A stretch of DNA of 64,000 nucleotides from Bacillota bacterium (GTDB lineage Bacteria; Bacillota; Desulfotomaculia; Desulfotomaculales; Nap2-2B): positions 10,078 to 74,077 of the forward strand of contig JBFLZY010000006.1 of NCBI GenBank assembly GCA_040755975.1, in the 5' to 3' direction. Positions within the stretch are counted from its first letter, which is position 1; every line of letters begins with the position of its first letter. Positions 9,976 through 21,963 of this stretch are shown here, one piece after another. The notes beneath the pieces were generated by a model, which was given only the letters and a program-made list of their open reading frames with translations, searched no databases and was not told the origin of the DNA. Both the position numbers and the translations under genes were made by a program.

Positions 9976-11094
9976 TTAACTCGCCGGGCCGTTATCTTTA
10001 ACGCTTTCGGCCATTTTTCTAACCTCCCGGACGAGCTCATCCACCAGCTTTTCCTCCGGCACCCGGCGGATAATCTCGCCGCGGCGAAAAAGCAGCCCCA
10101 CCCCTTTGCCGCCGGCGATGCCCACGTCGGCGTGCCGGGCCTCGCCCGGTCCGTTCACCACGCACCCCATAACGGCCACTTTCAGCGGTGCGGCCACGTC
10201 CTGCAGTTCCTCTTCTACTTCGCCGGCGATCCTGATCAGGTCAATTTCGGTCCGCCCGCAGGTGGGGCAGGAAATTAACTCGATCCCGCGCTTGCGCAAA
10301 CCCAGGGCCTTTAATATTTCGTACCCCACCCGCACCTCTTCCAACGGGTTCCCCGTCAAAGACACCCTGATGGTATCCCCGATTCCCTCGGCCAGCAAAG
10401 CGCCGATGCCGACGGCCGACTTTACCACTCCCGAACGCAGGGTGCCCGCTTCCGTAACCCCCACGTGGAAGGGGTAGACGACTTTTTCCGCCAGCAGCCG
10501 GTACGCCGCGATCATCAGCCCGACGTCGGAAGCCTTCACGGAAACTTTTATTTCAAAAAAACCCAACTCTTCCAGGAGGCGGATGTGCTTAAGGGCGCTT
10601 TCCACCAGCGCCGGCGCGTTCGGCGAGCCGTATTTTTGGAGCAGTTCCTTTTCCAGGGAACCGGCGTTTACGCCGATGCGGATAGGCACTTTTTTCTTTT
10701 TCGCCGCTTCCACAACGGCCGCCACCCTTTCCGGCCCGCCGATATTGCCCGGATTAATCCGCAAGCCGTCGACACCCGCCGCCAGGGCGCGCAGGGCAAG
10801 GCGGTAGTCAAAATGAATATCGGCAACCAGGGGGATGTTGATTTGCTGCTTAATTAAAGGCAGGGCGTCCGCCGCCCGGCGATCGGGAACGGCCACGCGC
10901 ACGATCTCGCAGCCGGCGGCGGCCAGCTCGTTAATCTGGGCCACCGTCGCCGCTACGTTGCGGGTATCGGTATTGGTCATGGACTGCACGGAAACGGGGG
11001 CTTCCCCGCCCACCTGCACCGGTCCGACCCAGATCGGCCGGGTTTTTCTGCGCTTCACCAAAAGCCAGCCCCTATTTATAAATATTCGAAGCAT
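9976..11094 (-). CDS. ispG: 4-hydroxy-3-methylbut-2-en-1-yl diphosphate synthase (flavodoxin)
   Basis: [30 protein letters not shown]..., C-terminal CPTCGR and GCVVNGPGE Fe-S motifs; the true start may be GTG 11058 or TTG 11061. Confidence 0.95.
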   Translation of the reverse strand: MLRIFINRGWLLVKRRKTRPIWVGPVQVGGEAPVSVQSMTNTDTRNVAATVAQINELAAAGCEIVRVAVPDRRAADALPLIKQQINIPLVADIHFDYRLALRALAAGVDGLRINPGNIGGPERVAAVVEAAKKKKVPIRIGVNAGSLEKELLQKYGSPNAPALVESALKHIRLLEELGFFEIKVSVKASDVGLMIAAYRLLAEKVVYPFHVGVTEAGTLRSGVVKSAVGIGALLAEGIGDTIRVSLTGNPLEEVRVGYEILKALGLRKRGIELISCPTCGRTEIDLIRIAGEVEEELQDVAAPLKVAVMGCVVNGPGEARHADVGIAGGKGVGLLFRRGEIIRRVPEEKLVDELVREVRKMAESVKDNGPAS

Positions 11095-11201
11095 CAGAGT
11101 GAGCCAAGGACAACCCCCAGGCCCTAGCGGGTTTGCTGAATATTTACCCCTATTTTTTGCTTGTGCCCTGTCCTATGCTCTAATTGTCCTCTAACCTTGC
11201 T

Positions 11202-12251
11202 CTATCTTTGGAGCAGTTGCAACAGATCGTTATAGGTAATGACCACAATCAACAAAATTAATAACCCGAAACCGATCATGTGAATAAAATTTTCTTTAAC
11301 CGGGTCCACGGGCCGGCCCCGGACCCATTCCACCGTCAGAAACATCAAACGGCTGCCGTCTAAGGCCGGGACGGGAAACAGGTTAAATAAACCCAGGTTT
11401 ATGCTCAGGAAGGCAGCCAGCTGAAGCAAATTGAACATACCGAATTCGGCCGCCCGGTTAATCTCCCAAACGATCCGCACCGGCCCGCCCAAATCGGCCG
11501 GGGCCCTGCCGGAAATCATCTGGCCGATAAAATTAATGATCACCGCGGTTACCCGGACGGTGTATTCCGTACCGGCGGCCAGGGCGCTGAATAAGTTCAG
11601 GCGCCGCAACTCTGGAGCCGGGTAAACGCCGATTTTCCCCTTGCCCTGTTCATCGCGCCGGGGGGTTACCAGGATCTCTTTAACCTCCCCGGCGCGCCGG
11701 ACGGTGAGGGTAAGATTCTGGTCGGGACGGGCGCCGATAATTTCCGTCATTTGCTCCCAGCTGGTGATCTCCCGGCCATCAATGGCGACTATTTTATCCT
11801 TCGGCAACAATCCGGCTTTTTCTGCCGGCCCCCCGGGCACCAGTTGCTCCACAACGGTGGTCACTTTGGGCAGCCCCTCGGGAGTCAGCGCGGGAACGCC
11901 CTGAATCATAAAAATCAAGGCCAGGATTAAAATCGCCAGCACAAAGTTCATCACCGAACCGGCCCCGATGACCAGCATCCGTTGCCAGACAGGTTTTTTG
12001 TTAAAACTCCTGGCTTCGTCCGTAATCTTTTCTTCCGGGTCCATACCCGCCATGCGGACAAAGCCGCCCAGGGGGAAAAGCCTTAAGTTGTAGGCCGTTT
12101 CCCCGCGCGGAATACTGAACAACCTGGGACCGAAGCCGATGCTGAACTCGTGGATCTGGATTCCCACGGCCCTGGCCAGGATAAAATGGCCCAATTCGTG
12201 AAAGATGATCAGCAGGCCGAAAACAAATACCGCGGCCCAAAAAGTCTGCAT
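11202..12251 (-). CDS. rseP: RIP metalloprotease RseP/YluC (site-2 protease)
   Basis: HELGHF zinc motif at the N-terminus, PDZ region, C-terminal NLFPVPALDGSRL. Confidence 0.9.
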   Translation of the reverse strand: MQTFWAAVFVFGLLIIFHELGHFILARAVGIQIHEFSIGFGPRLFSIPRGETAYNLRLFPLGGFVRMAGMDPEEKITDEARSFNKKPVWQRMLVIGAGSVMNFVLAILILALIFMIQGVPALTPEGLPKVTTVVEQLVPGGPAEKAGLLPKDKIVAIDGREITSWEQMTEIIGARPDQNLTLTVRRAGEVKEILVTPRRDEQGKGKIGVYPAPELRRLNLFSALAAGTEYTVRVTAVIINFIGQMISGRAPADLGGPVRIVWEINRAAEFGMFNLLQLAAFLSINLGLFNLFPVPALDGSRLMFLTVEWVRGRPVDPVKENFIHMIGFGLLILLIVVITYNDLLQLLQR

Positions 12252-12258
12252 TTTCTGT

Positions 12259-13419
12259 TCACACCTTACTTTTCACCAGCTTTTGCGCCAGGTCTTTCGC
12301 CCAGCGGTCGGCGGTCAGCACATCTTCGAGGTCTCTGCACTCCGAAACACTATGGGCGGCCATCACCCGTTCGACGATCTCCGGAACTGCCGCAAAAGAA
12401 ATTGCCCCGGCCAAAAAGGCCGCCACCGCCACTTCGTTGGCCGCGTTTAAAACCACCGGCATGGTGCCCCCTTCCCGCCCGGCGGCAAGGGCCAGGGCAA
12501 GGCAGCGAAAACGCTTCAAATCGGGCGGCTCAAAGGTCAGTTGCACCATTTCAGCCCAGTTTATCCTGGGCAGCTGGTTGGGCCGGCGGTCGGGGTAGGT
12601 CAGCGCAAACTGAATGGGCACGCGCATATCCGGAACCCCCAGCTGGGCCAGCGTGGAGCCGTCGACAAACTCCACCAGCGAATGGATGATACTTTGCGGG
12701 TGCACCACCACCTGGATCTGATCATAGTTTAACCCAAACAGCCACCTTGCTTCAATAACCTCCAGGCCCTTATTCATCAAAGTCGCCGAATCAATGGTCA
12801 CCTTGCGGCCCATTTGCCAGTTCGGGTGCGCTAAAGCCATCTCCACGGTGACCTTGTCCAGATCGGCGGGCCCTCTTAAAAAAGGACCCCCGGAGGCGGT
12901 GAGGATAATTTTCGCCACCTGCCGGCGCGGGGTATCCCCGAGACACTGCCAGATCGCGGAGTGCTCACTGTCCACGGGCAAAATCCGCGCTTTTTGCGCC
13001 GCGGCCAGTTTCATCACCAGCTCCCCGGCGGTGACCAGGGTCTCTTTATTGGCCAGGGCGATATTTTTTCCCGCCCGGATGGCCGCCACCGTGGGAAGCA
13101 GGCCCAGAATACCCGGGACGGCCGTTAACACCAGGTCGGCGCCGGGAAAGGAGGCCACTTCCTGCAGCCCGGCCTCCCCGTAAAAAATCGCCGGCCGCCC
13201 GGCAAAGGACAGCGCGGCGGACAACGCTTGCGCTTCCTTTCGGCCGGCCACAGCTACAACAGCCGGCCGAAATTCCTTTATTTGCCCGGCCAAAAGCCGC
13301 CAGTTCCTGCCGGCCGCCAGACCCGCCACAACAAAATCCTCCGGGAACCGGCGGATCACCTCCAGCGCCTGCCGGCCGATGGAACCGGTGCTGCCCAAAA
13401 TAACGATTCTTTTAGCCAT
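12259..13419 (-). CDS. dxr: 1-deoxy-D-xylulose 5-phosphate reductoisomerase
   Basis: MAKRIVILGSTGSIGRQALEV..., ANKETLV, PVDSEHSAIWQC motifs; start ATG 13419. Confidence 0.95.
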   Translation of the reverse strand: MAKRIVILGSTGSIGRQALEVIRRFPEDFVVAGLAAGRNWRLLAGQIKEFRPAVVAVAGRKEAQALSAALSFAGRPAIFYGEAGLQEVASFPGADLVLTAVPGILGLLPTVAAIRAGKNIALANKETLVTAGELVMKLAAAQKARILPVDSEHSAIWQCLGDTPRRQVAKIILTASGGPFLRGPADLDKVTVEMALAHPNWQMGRKVTIDSATLMNKGLEVIEARWLFGLNYDQIQVVVHPQSIIHSLVEFVDGSTLAQLGVPDMRVPIQFALTYPDRRPNQLPRINWAEMVQLTFEPPDLKRFRCLALALAAGREGGTMPVVLNAANEVAVAAFLAGAISFAAVPEIVERVMAAHSVSECRDLEDVLTADRWAKDLAQKLVKSKV

Positions 13420-13483
13420 CAACCCAACCCTCGACTTACCTGAAAAGGCTGCCGAAAAATCTCCGCATCGTCCATGGCGGCGG

Positions 13484-14560
13484 TTATCCCTGCTTTTTCG
13501 CAATCATACCGGCCTTGAGCGCGGCCAGCACAGTGATTAACAAAATCGGCCCCAAAACCAGCCCGGTCACCCCGATGGTTTTTAAACCCACGTACATGGC
13601 AATTAACACGGCCAGCGGGTGCAGGCCCAAATTGGCCGCCACCACCCTGGCTTCCAGGGTTTGCCGCACCGCCCAGACCAGCGCGTACAGGATGAGCAAC
13701 TTAATCCCAAAACCTACGTTGCCGCTCAATAAAGCCCAGGCGGCCCAGGGCAGGTACACGGTTGCCGGACCCAGCACGGGAATCAAATCGAAAAAGCCGA
13801 TGAGCAAACCCACCGTTAAAGCGTATTTTGCCCCGATGATCTGCAATCCCACAATGCTTTGCAAGGTGGTGAGCGAAATCAAAATAAGCTGGGCGCGCAG
13901 GTAAGCCAAAAAGGCCCCCACCACTTCCCGGCCCACGCCGGCGGTCCTCTCCCCCCACGGAGAAGGGACGTATTTCAACCAAAACTGGAGAATCTCCTTT
14001 CTATCCCGGCTGATAAAATAGGTGGCCAGCAAAGTCACAATCAAAATCATCACCGCGCCGGGCACGGCGGAAGCCAGGTGAAGCAAAGCATTTGCCGCCT
14101 GACCGGCCAGGCCCGACAGCCACTTTGTAACCACGCCTATGTTCTCCTGGATCCGGTCGGTGATTAACGGCGGCAATTGAAAATAAAAAACCCTTCCGCG
14201 CTCGACAAGCTGGCTGATATATTCCTGAACAGGCCAGATATATTTAGGAAGCTTGATCGATAAATCGGTTAATTCCGCAACCAGTCGAAAAATCAGCAGG
14301 CTCAAAAGGGACCCCAGGCCGCCGATGAGGATAACCATTGCCGCCGCTACCGCCAAAGGTCTCGTCAGCCTGGCGCGCTGATTGAAAAACTTGACCAGGG
14401 GTTCGATAAACACGGCCAGAATAACCGCCAGGATAAACGGGATCGTTATAACGAACAGATATTTAATGACCACCAGCACTTCCGGCACGATAAACTTCCA
14501 GGCCAGATACAACAGCAAAAGCGTTATCGTGATGGCTGCAATTTGAAGGTAACGGGGCAC
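13484..14560 (-). CDS. AI-2E family transporter / sporulation integral membrane protein YtvI-like
   Basis: 358-aa polytopic protein with the family layout (central FISRD, C-terminal FDLIPVLGP...GLHPL motifs). Confidence 0.65.
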   Translation of the reverse strand: MPRYLQIAAITITLLLLYLAWKFIVPEVLVVIKYLFVITIPFILAVILAVFIEPLVKFFNQRARLTRPLAVAAAMVILIGGLGSLLSLLIFRLVAELTDLSIKLPKYIWPVQEYISQLVERGRVFYFQLPPLITDRIQENIGVVTKWLSGLAGQAANALLHLASAVPGAVMILIVTLLATYFISRDRKEILQFWLKYVPSPWGERTAGVGREVVGAFLAYLRAQLILISLTTLQSIVGLQIIGAKYALTVGLLIGFFDLIPVLGPATVYLPWAAWALLSGNVGFGIKLLILYALVWAVRQTLEARVVAANLGLHPLAVLIAMYVGLKTIGVTGLVLGPILLITVLAALKAGMIAKKQG

Positions 14561-14579
14561 CTTAAAAAAACACCTCGGC

Positions 14580-15374
14580 TTAAATAATTAACTTCTGAAC
14601 GTAGTAATAAACCAGGGGAGCGGTAAACAACATACTGTCAAAGCGATCCAGCATACCCCCGTGCCCGGGAATAAGATCCCCGGCGTCTTTAACCCCGACC
14701 TGCCGCTTAAAGGCCGACTCCACCAGATCCCCGGCCTGCGCGGCAACCCCCAGCAAAAGACCCAGCACCAAAACGGGCGCCGGCGGCAAGAAAGGGTAGA
14801 TGTAAAGAAAAGCGGCGGCCGCCAGAAAACTTCCCGCCGCCCCGCCAATCGCCCCCTCGATGGTTTTGCCGGGGCTTAAAACGCGGGCCAGGCGACGTTT
14901 ACCAAAATATTTACCGATAAAAAAAGCGGTTGTATCGCTCAACCAGGTTCCGACCAACATAAAAACCACCCAGATCCAGCCGTCGGGCAAGGTGCGCAGG
15001 AGATAAACGTAGACAAAAAGGCCCACGTAAGAAGTGGCCAGCAAAGCCATGGCCATGTCGATTAAATTAAATTTCGGGTAAAAAAAGATAAACCATAGTA
15101 AAAATATAAAAAATATAATGGCGATTGCCCCCGCCAGGCCCGCGTCTTTATATAAATAAACGCTTCCCAAAAGCAAGGCCGCGCCTAAAATCATCAGCCC
15201 GAAAGGGATGTTTAAAGCCAGGCGGCGGAACATGCGCTGGATTTCCCGCAAAGACAGCAGCATGACCAGCGCGCTGAAGCCAAGCAGCGCAAAACCGCCC
15301 CACCAGACGGCCAGGATAATTAAGGGAACCCCCACTAAAGCGCTAAATACCCTGGGTACTAACAAACATTTCAC
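14580..15374 (-). CDS. cdsA: Phosphatidate cytidylyltransferase
   Basis: C-terminal SAFKRQVGVKDAGDLIPGHGGMLDRFDS signature. Confidence 0.9.
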   Translation of the reverse strand: MKCLLVPRVFSALVGVPLIILAVWWGGFALLGFSALVMLLSLREIQRMFRRLALNIPFGLMILGAALLLGSVYLYKDAGLAGAIAIIFFIFLLWFIFFYPKFNLIDMAMALLATSYVGLFVYVYLLRTLPDGWIWVVFMLVGTWLSDTTAFFIGKYFGKRRLARVLSPGKTIEGAIGGAAGSFLAAAAFLYIYPFLPPAPVLVLGLLLGVAAQAGDLVESAFKRQVGVKDAGDLIPGHGGMLDRFDSMLFTAPLVYYYVQKLII

Positions 15375-15379
15375 CAGCC

Positions 15380-16120
15380 TTAAACCAGCCCGCCGAAACG
15401 CCGCTCCCGGCTTTGAAAATCAACAATCGCCTGCAACAAATGGATCCGGCGAAAATCGGGCCAGAGGACCGGAGTTAACCAAAATTCCGTATACGCCAGC
15501 TGCCAGAGCAAAAAATTGCTCACCCGGTAGTCGCCGGAAGGCCTGATTAAAAGATCGGGATCCGGCTGCCCGGCGGTATATAAATGCTCGGCGATGATCT
15601 TTTCGTCGATCTCCCCCGGGGCCAATTGCCCCTGCCGCACTTTTTCGGCGACGGCGCGCACGGCGTCCACCAATTCACTCCGGCTGCCGTAATTTAACGC
15701 CACGTTCAAGGTCAATCCCTTCTTTTCGCGGGTCCGCTCGCTGGCCACGCGCACCGCCTGCCGAGCGGAAGGGGGCAAATCTTCCAGCTTCCCGATGGGG
15801 TTAATCCGGATGTCCTGCGCGGCCAATTCCTCAATTTCCTTTTGAAGATATTCTATTAGCAGATTCATTAAAGTATTTACTTCTTCCCGGGGCCTTTTCC
15901 AGTTTTCTGTCGAGAACGCATAAACGGTCAAATATTTAATCCCCAGCTCAACGCACAGCTTAACAATCTCCCGCAGGGATTCCACCCCCGCCCGGTGTCC
16001 GAAAGTGCGGGGCAACCCCCGGCGCTGCGCCCAGCGACCGTTTCCATCCATGATGATGGCAATATGCAACGGTAAACGGGACCGGTCCACCCGGGCAAGC
16101 AACTTTTTTTCTTCGGTCAT
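15380..16120 (-). CDS. uppS: Isoprenyl transferase (undecaprenyl diphosphate synthase)
   Basis: HIAIIMDGNGRWA, TVYAFSTENWKRP, LLIRPSGDYRVSNFLLWQLAYTEF motifs; start ATG 16120. Confidence 0.95.
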   Translation of the reverse strand: MTEEKKLLARVDRSRLPLHIAIIMDGNGRWAQRRGLPRTFGHRAGVESLREIVKLCVELGIKYLTVYAFSTENWKRPREEVNTLMNLLIEYLQKEIEELAAQDIRINPIGKLEDLPPSARQAVRVASERTREKKGLTLNVALNYGSRSELVDAVRAVAEKVRQGQLAPGEIDEKIIAEHLYTAGQPDPDLLIRPSGDYRVSNFLLWQLAYTEFWLTPVLWPDFRRIHLLQAIVDFQSRERRFGGLV

Positions 16121-16297
16121 TTTCTTGTCGCCTTCTAAATTTCTGAACACCACTCCCGGCCCCCTTACCAGAATCAGGCGTCGGACGTCCGAAAAATTAT
16201 AAACAACCCCCTCGGAAGAAGAGGTCGGTAGCCGAAAGGCCAGACGCCAGATTTATCCGTTTGCGGTCGCCAAGCAGCGCTCTTTCCCGACATAATT

Positions 16298-16327
16298 CTG
16301 ACGACTGACGACTGACGACTGACGACT
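16298..16327. repeat. Tandem heptamer repeat (CTGACGA)x4 in the frr-uppS intergenic region
   Basis: ctgacgactgacgactgacgactgacgact read directly. Confidence 0.9.
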
Positions 16328-16366
16328 ATTTTGAGGGGGTTCAGTCCCAAAGTTATTGAAAAGGCG

Positions 16367-18330
<1,964 letters not shown>

Positions 18331-18452
18331 ATTAATCCCACCCCTGTTTATTATTACCATTTAGCCTTTTCCGGATACCGACCCCTTCCAGCTAAAAAGG
18401 CGCCGCACAGAAAAACGCAGGAGTTTCCTCCTGCCTGCAAATCTTTTGCTTA

Positions 18453-19157
18453 TTACATTGCTTCGGCCAGCTGTTCTCCCTGCCTGCCTTCCAAAACGGC
18501 ATCGGCCATTTTGCTGGTCAGCAATCTTACGGCCCGGATGGCGTCGTCATTGCCCGGGATGACGTAGTCTATCTCTTCCGGATCGCAATTTGTATCCACA
18601 ATGGCAACGATCGGGATGCCCAATTTTCTCGCCTCGGCAACGGCAATCCGCTCTTTGCGCGGGTCAATTACAAAAAGAGCGTCCGGCAGCTTTTTCATCC
18701 CTTTAATTCCGCCGACGGACTTTTCCAGTTTCTCTTTTTCCCGCGTAAGTCCGGCTATTTCTTTTTTCGGCAAAACCGCGAGCGTGCCCTCGGCCGCCAT
18801 TTTTTCCAGCTCGAGAAGGCGCTCAATCCGGTGGCGGATGGTCTGAAAGTTGGTGAGCATGCCGCCCAGCCAGCGCTGGTTGACGTAAAACATGCCGCAC
18901 CTTTCGGCCTCTTCCCTAACCGCCTCTTGGGCCTGCTTTTTGGTCCCCACAAAAAGAACGGTCCCGCCAGCGGCGCTCAACTCCTTGACGAAATTATATG
19001 CTTCTTCGATTTTCCTGACCGTTTTCTGGAGGTCGATGATATAAATTCCGTTGCGGTCGGTAAAAATATAAGGAGCCATTTTCGGGTTCCACCGCCTGGT
19101 CTGGTGCCCGAAATGAACCCCCGCCTCCAAAAGCTGCTTCATTGAGATAATCGCCAC
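18453..19157 (-). CDS. rpsB: 30S ribosomal protein S2
   Basis: [24 protein letters not shown]...; GTG start 19157 after GGAAGGAGGTG. Confidence 0.95.
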   Translation of the reverse strand: MAIISMKQLLEAGVHFGHQTRRWNPKMAPYIFTDRNGIYIIDLQKTVRKIEEAYNFVKELSAAGGTVLFVGTKKQAQEAVREEAERCGMFYVNQRWLGGMLTNFQTIRHRIERLLELEKMAAEGTLAVLPKKEIAGLTREKEKLEKSVGGIKGMKKLPDALFVIDPRKERIAVAEARKLGIPIVAIVDTNCDPEEIDYVIPGNDDAIRAVRLLTSKMADAVLEGRQGEQLAEAM

Positions 19158-19432
19158 TTTTACACCTCCTTCCGCCCTGGTTTTTCCCTCCGCCGCCTTC
19201 ATCCTTTTGCGCAAACCCGCCTGGGCAACCGGCAAAAATCAGGCCGGCGTGCGTATTTTTTACCGGATGTATTCTAACACAAACTTGCCGGGCGCGCAAG
19301 GGAGGATCGCAAAAGAGCCGTCCTTTACCGCCGGTTGATTTCATGTTAAAACGAGGGGGAAGAAGTGAAGAGGTGGTGGCAGGGATGCCGCCGGGATTTT
19401 CCCTGGATTTATAACGATATTTTCTAACCCTT

Positions 19433-19567
19433 TCAACTAAAACACCTGATTACCAGAACCCCCGTTAAGAACAGGATGGTGCTCAAGCCCAGGGTATCGA
19501 CCACCAGGGAAACAGTCTCTACCCACTCAGGGGTTTTCTCCTCGGGATAATAACGTTTGTTCGCCAT
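19433..19567 (-). CDS. Small (44-aa) single-TM membrane peptide, last gene of the first TauE module
   Basis: ATG 19567 preceded by GAGGTG; MANKRYYPEEKTPEWVETVSLVVDTLGLSTILFLTGVLVIRCFS; below the ORF-track size cutoff. Confidence 0.35.
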   Translation of the reverse strand: MANKRYYPEEKTPEWVETVSLVVDTLGLSTILFLTGVLVIRCFS

Positions 19568-19732
19568 TCCCAACACCTCGCTTTCAATTAAAAGAAGAGG
19601 GAGAGGGGGAGAGGGGGTCTTCTTCGGGGAATGACGCCCTCTCCACAGGGGAAGGGTCGTTTATTGACCAGCGCCTCTCCAAAAAGCATGAAAAGGGAGC
19701 AGGTTAAAAGCTTCGTAACTTTGGCAAACGCC

Positions 19733-19811
19733 CAAAACAAAAGGCCGGTTGCCTTGAACCAAGGCTAACCGGCCTATCGTTGTTCGATTTGGCCTAAACT
19801 CTTTTTACTTT
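19733..19811 (-). ncRNA. Candidate short transcript / attenuator (copy 1): conserved hairpin overlapping an intrinsic terminator
   Basis: Minus-strand RNA reads GGCCAAAUCGAACAACGAUAGGCC followed by AGGCCGGUU..AACCGGCCU UUUGUUUU; 25 of 26 nt of the core are identical to the copy at 28816-28841. Confidence 0.5.
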
Positions 19812-19817
19812 GTTAAA

Positions 19818-19846
19818 ATTATAACAAAGCAATCGGGTGCTGTCAA
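19818..19846 (-). promoter_or_regulatory. Consensus sigma-70-type promoter (TTGACA-17-TATAAT) driving the short transcript
   Basis: Minus strand has TTGACA (19846-19841), a 17-nt spacer and TATAAT (19823-19818). Confidence 0.7.
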
Positions 19847-19903
19847 GAAATTTATTAGCAAAAGTTTTGGCAAATGTTCAGAAAAACCGTAAAAGATCCT
19901 TCT

Positions 19904-20617
19904 TCAGGCTTCTGCTTTTTCCGCGGGCTTGCTGGCCGTGATCCCCAGCCCCTCAAAGATCAACATGATGGCAAAGCCGTACCAGATGGTGTAAACAACG
20001 TAAAAAACGAGGGAACCAACCGAAATTCCCGCCACTTCCCGGAACCGGGCCGGCGGAATGCCGTCATAATTGTACGCCGGCTCCAAAGCCTTCTTGCTTA
20101 CGTTTTCAACAAACACCGCCTCCGCCGGTTTGTTTTCCTGCAGGTAGTGACCTTTTAACTGCTTGAAGGCCGCCCACCAGTAATAAACGGCTTCCTTGCC
20201 GGAAAAACCGTATTGATTTGGGGCGGGCGTTTCCCCGCTCTGAAACAAGGCATCGGCGTCAGCCAGCGCGCGCCGGGCCACCAGGCCCAGGTCGCCCGTG
20301 ACCCGCAGGCTTTCTCCGCTGACCGCCGCTCCCGCGCCCGCGGCAAGGAAGAGAGTTTTCATTTTTTCCAGCTCTTCGGCACTTTTCACCTGGAAAGTAA
20401 CTTCCATTTTAGTTCCGGTAAATCGATCTGCTTTCCCGGCCAGGTCCGGAATAAAGTAGGACGATCCCTTAGCCAAAGAGTTAAAGATGCCGTCGACCAG
20501 ATGCAACCCGGTCGCACCTTGAAAAACCGGGCTGAGGATTACGGCCAGGGTCGCTCCGAAGCAAATCAGCAGCACCAGGCCGGCGATAAATGCCCTCCGG
20601 TTAATGATTACAGGCAT
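19904..20617 (-). CDS. Membrane-anchored hypothetical protein (N- and C-terminal TM segments), partner of the TauE-like permease
   Basis: 237-aa ORF 20 nt downstream of the 441-aa permease gene; no family recognised. Confidence 0.55.
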   Translation of the reverse strand: MPVIINRRAFIAGLVLLICFGATLAVILSPVFQGATGLHLVDGIFNSLAKGSSYFIPDLAGKADRFTGTKMEVTFQVKSAEELEKMKTLFLAAGAGAAVSGESLRVTGDLGLVARRALADADALFQSGETPAPNQYGFSGKEAVYYWWAAFKQLKGHYLQENKPAEAVFVENVSKKALEPAYNYDGIPPARFREVAGISVGSLVFYVVYTIWYGFAIMLIFEGLGITASKPAEKAEA

Positions 20618-20637
20618 CTGTACGCACCCCCTTCATC

Positions 20638-21963
20638 CTAACGAGAAGACTCCAAGGCCTGTTCCGTCCGCCCGGACGTTGCCGGCACACCGGCCAGAGC
20701 AGCGTGTTCCGCCCTGATTTTTCCCACGCTGCGCAGGAAAGAGGCCAGGACCCAGAAAGCAAACCCGCTGACCAAAGCAAAAAAGATGACCGTTCCGATG
20801 GTGCTCAGCAGTTTTCCGGCGGCCGGGGCCAGGCTAAGGTAACCGGCGCTGGAAAGCTTTTCCGGCAGAGCACAGGCCCGGTTGACAAAGCCGGCAAAAA
20901 TGGCCAGAGCGTAAAAACCGCGGATGACCGCCCCCTTGACCACCTTCGTCACCATGGCGCCGATTTGCACGCCGACCAGGGAGCCCAGCAAGAGGCCCAT
21001 GGTCAGGGAGTAAAAGACGAACCCGCTGATGGCGTATTGAATGGACGCATACCCGGCCGTAAAGATGATCTGCAAAATATCGGTGCCGACGGTCGTAAAC
21101 GTGGATACGCCAAGGCCGTAGACAAACATCGGGAAGGTCAGAAAACCTCCGCCGACACCCATAATGGCGGCGATAAAACCGACTATGAATCCGCACCCGA
21201 TAACCGGATAAACCGGCAACTGCCGGCCGCCCGGGACAATGTCCTGGTCGAATTTAACGTAGGGGGGAATCTTCAAGGACTGTAACGTCCGGGCAATCCT
21301 GGTCGTGGTTTGCACCTGCGCTTTTTGGGAAGCCTCGGCCCGGCGCAGGCTAAGATAATCGTAAAGGGCATAAGCCCCCAGAATGCCGAGCATGAAAACA
21401 TAGACTCCACTGATAAAGGCGTCGCTGAGCGCGGGGCTCTTTTCGTAAATGGACTTGTTCAAGCCCGTTCCCAACGTCACCCCAAGGGTTGAACCAACGA
21501 CAAACCAGACCGCCAGCCAGACGTTCACGTTGCCCAGCTTCCGGTGCAGGGCGGTGCCCATGATCGCTTTGGCAAAAATATGAAACTGGTCGGTCCCCAC
21601 CGTCATAATTCCCCTTACCCCGATACTCATCAACGCCGGGGTAATCACGAAACCCCCGCCGGCGCCGATACACCCGGTAATTAAACCCGCAACCAACCCC
21701 ACAAAAAGCGAACCCAAAAACATTTCCGTGGTAATAAAGGACGGCGCGTAAGCTTTGCCGCCGCCAATCAATTCGGTCGCCAAAGCTATTTCTACGCCCA
21801 TAAAAATGATTACCGGCAAAAGGGCGGCCAGCAATATTTTCCAGCGCCTGGCGAGGATAAACCTGCTGTTTTCAATTTCCCAGCGGGCGTAGGCGCTTTG
21901 CAGGTTCAGCAGCGTATTGTTGAACTGCCTTCCTTTGTGGCAAAGTTTAGACCACAAATGCAT
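20638..21963 (-). CDS. TauE/SafE (DUF81) family anion permease, long form
   Basis: 441 aa; duplicated GxGGG-type motifs (CIGAGGGFVITPAL and IMGVGGGFLTFPMF) with TVGTD motifs typical of TauE/SafE; ATG 21963 after GGGGGAG. Confidence 0.8.
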   Translation of the reverse strand: MHLWSKLCHKGRQFNNTLLNLQSAYARWEIENSRFILARRWKILLAALLPVIIFMGVEIALATELIGGGKAYAPSFITTEMFLGSLFVGLVAGLITGCIGAGGGFVITPALMSIGVRGIMTVGTDQFHIFAKAIMGTALHRKLGNVNVWLAVWFVVGSTLGVTLGTGLNKSIYEKSPALSDAFISGVYVFMLGILGAYALYDYLSLRRAEASQKAQVQTTTRIARTLQSLKIPPYVKFDQDIVPGGRQLPVYPVIGCGFIVGFIAAIMGVGGGFLTFPMFVYGLGVSTFTTVGTDILQIIFTAGYASIQYAISGFVFYSLTMGLLLGSLVGVQIGAMVTKVVKGAVIRGFYALAIFAGFVNRACALPEKLSSAGYLSLAPAAGKLLSTIGTVIFFALVSGFAFWVLASFLRSVGKIRAEHAALAGVPATSGRTEQALESSR

